The notes beneath the pieces are model-generated. The model was not told where the DNA came from. It saw only the letters and a program-made list of their open reading frames with translations, and made no database searches. Made by a program: the position numbers and the translations under genes. Below, in pieces: positions 60,592-64,000 of a stretch of DNA of 64,000 nucleotides. Origin of the DNA: Deferribacterales bacterium (GTDB lineage: Bacteria; Chrysiogenota; Deferribacteres; Deferribacterales; Geovibrionaceae); NCBI GenBank assembly GCA_050253075.1, contig JBFWJS010000002.1:576001-640000 (forward strand). Reading direction: 5' to 3'. Numbering within the stretch: the stretch's first letter is position 1; each line of letters starts with the position of its first letter.

Positions 60592-61594
60592 AGAACTTGT
60601 CGCCCGAGTAATATTTTCTGTATTTCAGGTCGCCGTTGTAAAGGAACACAAGCCACAGCTTGCCGTCTTTCTCCCTGACTTCGACCTTATAAACGTCTCC
60701 GTCGTTAAATCTCTGGAGCACTTTTGAAAACAGCTTTGTATCGTCAAATCCGAATGCGGCGAGTCCGTCCGACTCACGCACGGTCATCTCAGGCCTGCCC
60801 GGCAGAGATACCTGAAAAGATTCGGTCTTGTCATTCTTATCACGTCTGAATCCCCACATGGATGAATAGCCCGCACACTGCTTTCCTATGGTCAGGCTGT
60901 TCCCCTCGGGGCATACGGATACAGGCTCGGAAAATATCAGCCTTGTCTTTCCGTTCAGGTTATTGGATGCCAGCAGGGTTTTATATTTAACCGTGCCAGG
61001 CAGTAGATTTACATTGAATATGTCCAGATAATATCTTCCCCCTGCCGTCCCCTGAGAGTAGATAACAGGGTTGTCGAACATTATCTCTGTCTCTCCGCCC
61101 CTCTGCATCACACCCTGAAATGTCTGTGCAGGGGTCTGCGGGTCTGCCCATCCGCCGAAGGTCTTCATCGAGAGGAGCTCGGTGTCGGGGCGTGTGGATG
61201 TCAGCCTGACATGCAGACCTGTCTCACTGCGGGATGTAGAGAGCAGATGTGTAGTCGAGAGATGGAATACCAGCTTGAAACCGCTGGGGTACTGTGTCTT
61301 TTCTATCTTTAATATAGGACGTATGATATTGATCTTCATGAATTCGTCTATCGGTCTGTCGAGGTTCTTCACCACGAGGGTGAATGTCAGCCCGTCGTTG
61401 CTGAGCACGGCTGTATAGTCCCATCCGCCCTTCGGTATCACAAAGTCCATGTTCAGGTCACCGCCAGTGCGGTATATATCTGTGCTGACAGGTGCATCCT
61501 GCGGGGCCTGCATCTCTGCCATCATGGCTGTCTCTGTACATGCATACAGCATCACCATTGCTAAGAGCACCGTAATGATGCGGATAATTTTCAT
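60572..61594 (-). CDS. Lipoprotein of unknown function, possibly AMIN-like beta domains
   Basis: Lipobox LYAC; beta-rich repeats (FKLVFHL, TRLIF, LWLVF). Confidence 0.65.
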   Translation of the reverse strand: MKIIRIITVLLAMVMLYACTETAMMAEMQAPQDAPVSTDIYRTGGDLNMDFVIPKGGWDYTAVLSNDGLTFTLVVKNLDRPIDEFMKINIIRPILKIEKTQYPSGFKLVFHLSTTHLLSTSRSETGLHVRLTSTRPDTELLSMKTFGGWADPQTPAQTFQGVMQRGGETEIMFDNPVIYSQGTAGGRYYLDIFNVNLLPGTVKYKTLLASNNLNGKTRLIFSEPVSVCPEGNSLTIGKQCAGYSSMWGFRRDKNDKTESFQVSLPGRPEMTVRESDGLAAFGFDDTKLFSKVLQRFNDGDVYKVEVREKDGKLWLVFLYNGDLKYRKYYSGDKFFVVFYR

Positions 61595-62613
61595 GCTTTC
61601 CTCATGGCGAGCCCTGTCGCAAGGGCGAATGTGCCCGCACCGCAGTCGTCTATGACACCGCGGAGTGCATCGGGCAGTTCGATATATTTAAACGGGTCTA
61701 TGTGGGTCACGCCCACACCCATAGATGTCTCAATATTTTCAACAACCTCGGCAACGTAAGAAACGGCACCGCAGACGAAGAAGTCCACGGGCTCCTTACT
61801 GCGTTCCTGCATGTATATATCCACAAGGGTCTCTATCTCTGACCCGAGGCTGTTCCCGTATGCCATAGCAGCGGCCTGTGCATCGGCATCGGTGCTCATG
61901 GATTCACTGCTTCTTATTATCGCTTCCGCCTTTTCTGGGTCGCTGTCCATGTCGGATGCGAGCTCCTCTGCGAGGGATTTCCCCCCTTTCGGCAGAGTTT
62001 TTATCATATCGACGACACCGTTTTCAAAAAATATGACACGGACTTCATCGTAGCCGATGTCTATCACGGCGTTCACGTGCTTCTGGCTACCTTTCAGCTT
62101 TGTCACCAGATTCACCAGTGCGAGGGCTTCTATGTCCATCACCACGGGGTTCAGCCCCGCCTGTGATGCCACATTCAGCAGATCCGCAACCTTATCTTTC
62201 GGTGCGGCCGCCACGACAGCCTCTGCGGACTGACGCTCAGGGTCGAATCTGAGCAGTTGTGCGTCAAAGGTCGCCTTTTCTGTGGAGAGCCCGATGTACT
62301 GCTCGGCGCTCCAAAGGAACTCTTCGGTGAAGTTTCCCTTGCCGTTCCACGGCAGATGCACCTTTTTCACTATCACATCATTTCCTTTCAGGGCGAATGC
62401 GGCATCTTTCTCAGTGCCTTTTGCGGAGCGTACAAGGTCGTGCACGGCTTTCGCCAGTGCTCCGTGGTCTATCACGGCACCCTCAACGTATACGCTGGGC
62501 GGTGTAGGGGCTATGAGAACGTGGGAAACGACAAAGCCGTCCTTCTTCTCTTTCAGCCCGATGACCTTAATGTTTGATGCTCCGATATCCACGCCTAAAA
62601 GGAGTTTGCTCAT
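61591..62613 (-). CDS. pilM: Type IV pilus assembly actin-like ATPase PilM
   Basis: GVDIGASNIK, AGLNPVVMDIEALALVN, IDIG, GG, ATGLAMR. Confidence 0.85.
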   Translation of the reverse strand: MSKLLLGVDIGASNIKVIGLKEKKDGFVVSHVLIAPTPPSVYVEGAVIDHGALAKAVHDLVRSAKGTEKDAAFALKGNDVIVKKVHLPWNGKGNFTEEFLWSAEQYIGLSTEKATFDAQLLRFDPERQSAEAVVAAAPKDKVADLLNVASQAGLNPVVMDIEALALVNLVTKLKGSQKHVNAVIDIGYDEVRVIFFENGVVDMIKTLPKGGKSLAEELASDMDSDPEKAEAIIRSSESMSTDADAQAAAMAYGNSLGSEIETLVDIYMQERSKEPVDFFVCGAVSYVAEVVENIETSMGVGVTHIDPFKYIELPDALRGVIDDCGAGTFALATGLAMRKA

Positions 62614-62945
62614 ATATTAATATCCTCGGCATTTTCCAGTTTAGTAAAAAAGCATGTGCGCTCGCCCGTGTGGCATGCCACTCCCGTCTGCTCCACCATA
62701 TACAGTATGGTGTCGCCGTCACAGTCGAGGTACACAGCGTACAGTTTCTGCAGGTGTCCCGATGTTTCGCCCTTTTTCCAGAGCTCGTCCCTGCTGCGTG
62801 AGTAATAGTGCGCATAGCCTGTCTCCAGAGACAGCTTCAGCGCTTCTTTATTAACATAAGCGAGCATAAGGACCTCTTTCGTATTAACGTCCTGCGCTAT
62901 GGCAGGCAGCAGTCCGCCCTGCTTTTCCCAGTCTATCTTTATCAT
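62610..62945 (-). CDS. hisI: Phosphoribosyl-AMP cyclohydrolase
   Basis: YYSRSR, LWKKGETSG, DCDGD, ACHTGERTCF. Confidence 0.95.
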   Translation of the reverse strand: MIKIDWEKQGGLLPAIAQDVNTKEVLMLAYVNKEALKLSLETGYAHYYSRSRDELWKKGETSGHLQKLYAVYLDCDGDTILYMVEQTGVACHTGERTCFFTKLENAEDINI

Positions 62946-63199
62946 CTGGTCTCACTTCCAAGTTTATTGTAGAGTTCGCTTTTCAGCAGGCTTTCCTCAG
63001 CCTCGGTGATCTTCAGTCCGCGCACTTTCATGCCATAGACCACCCTGTCCCACTCGGCGTTGGCGCGTTTCCTGTTGTAAACGATCTCCGCCGTGTGGCA
63101 TGTGCCGCATTTCTCTTCGACAATCTGTATCTTCTGTTCTCCGCAGCCTGTCAGCAGGCTAGCAGATACGAGGAAGAAGCTCACCGGCAGGCATTTCAA
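62942..63199 (-). CDS. Small monoheme c-type cytochrome lipoprotein (start taken as TTG 63199)
   Basis: Lipobox LTGC, CGTCH, similarity to 48467..48709. Confidence 0.75.
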   Translation of the reverse strand: MKCLPVSFFLVSASLLTGCGEQKIQIVEEKCGTCHTAEIVYNRKRANAEWDRVVYGMKVRGLKITEAEESLLKSELYNKLGSETR

Positions 63200-64000
63200 T
63201 ATGCCTTTTACCGCCGATTGCAGTTTCGAGAACAACACCTTTACCCTCTACCCTTCCCACGATAGCGGCACGTTTGCCGTTTTCGCAGTTTTTTATATTT
63301 TCCAGAGCCTTTTCGGCATCTTTTTCACTTATAATTATAACAGCTAGCCCCTCATTCGCAACTGCCAAAGGGTCAAAGCCGAGCATATCGCACAGATAGC
63401 CTACATTTTCGTCCATAGGCAGGTCGGTCTCTTTTATCAGAAATCCCTTACCGCCGTCAGCGGCTATCTCGTTCAGCACTGCTGCCACACCGCCCCTTGT
63501 GGCGTCACGGGCAAATTTTACATCCATATCAGCAACAGCGGAGAAGACATCCACGAGGCACGCACAGTCAGAGAGAACCTCACCGTCGAAGCCGAGCTCG
63601 CCCCTTGCGAGCATGACGCTCATGCCGTGTCTGGCTATGTCTGATGTGAGGATGACGACATCACCCTCCTCTATCCTGCCGTGGTCTGTATAGTCCTTTA
63701 CCGAGCGTCCTATGCCCGATGTGTTTATCATCAGTCCGTCGCATCCGCCCTTATCCACCACCTTCGTATCTCCGCAGACGATATTCACGCCTGCTTTCTT
63801 ACACTCCTCTGCCATGCTGTCTATCACACGCTCAAGGTCGGCAACGGGGTATCCCTCGGGGATGATAAGCCCGAATGAGAGATACTGGGGCACTGCGCCC
63901 GAAACCAGAAGGTCGTTCATAGTGCCGCAAACGGCTATTTTGCCTATGTTTCCGCCGGGGAAAAATTCTGGGCGGACAACATAGCTGTCTGTAGTAAATG
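63159..64000 (-). CDS. hypE: Hydrogenase maturation carbamoyl dehydratase HypE, 5' truncated by window edge
   Basis: FTTDSYVV, FPGGNIG, GDTKVV, RDATRGG, ANEG, C-terminal LPRIC. Confidence 0.96.
   Translation of the reverse strand, partial: FTTDSYVVRPEFFPGGNIGKIAVCGTMNDLLVSGAVPQYLSFGLIIPEGYPVADLERVIDSMAEECKKAGVNIVCGDTKVVDKGGCDGLMINTSGIGRSVKDYTDHGRIEEGDVVILTSDIARHGMSVMLARGELGFDGEVLSDCACLVDVFSAVADMDVKFARDATRGGVAAVLNEIAADGGKGFLIKETDLPMDENVGYLCDMLGFDPLAVANEGLAVIIISEKDAEKALENIKNCENGKRAAIVGRVEGKGVVLETAIGGKRHIEMPAGELLPRIC

Overview
A gene-dense, mostly core-genome 64 kb segment of a diderm, flagellated bacterium with c-type cytochromes and nickel-hydrogenase maturation genes. The gene content suggests an anaerobic respirer such as a Deferribacterota or deltaproteobacteria-like lineage, but this is inference only. 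Recognisable modules, left to right: an envelope gene pair (CsgG/TPR lipoprotein plus a DUF799-like/FN3/beta-helix protein cut by the left edge), M23 peptidase, proS, MscS, a PilB/PilC-type pair, ccdA plus a System I* ccmEFABCD cluster, MFS, a probable major porin, hslVU, lipid A/Kdo genes, argDFG-glyQ, four tandem paralogous unknown genes with sigma54-type promoters, trpB2-queH, nikR-nikMNQO with a NikR-like operator, a C39-peptidase/RimK/GCS2/FGase cluster, engB, a flagellar block (fliK-flgD-flgE, motAB-fliLNOPQ) ending in a secreted caspase-family gene, and hypE-cytochrome-hisI-pilM-lipoprotein-lpxB. At least nine copies of a GTCAT...ATGAC palindromic intergenic repeat are present. No rRNA, tRNA, CRISPR array, transposase or prophage was recognised. 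Best leads: (1) the periplasmic caspase with a FliL-like tail coupled to fliQ, (2) the sigma54-driven four-paralog array, (3) the amidoligase/peptidase cluster. All family calls were made by eye from motifs, without database searches.
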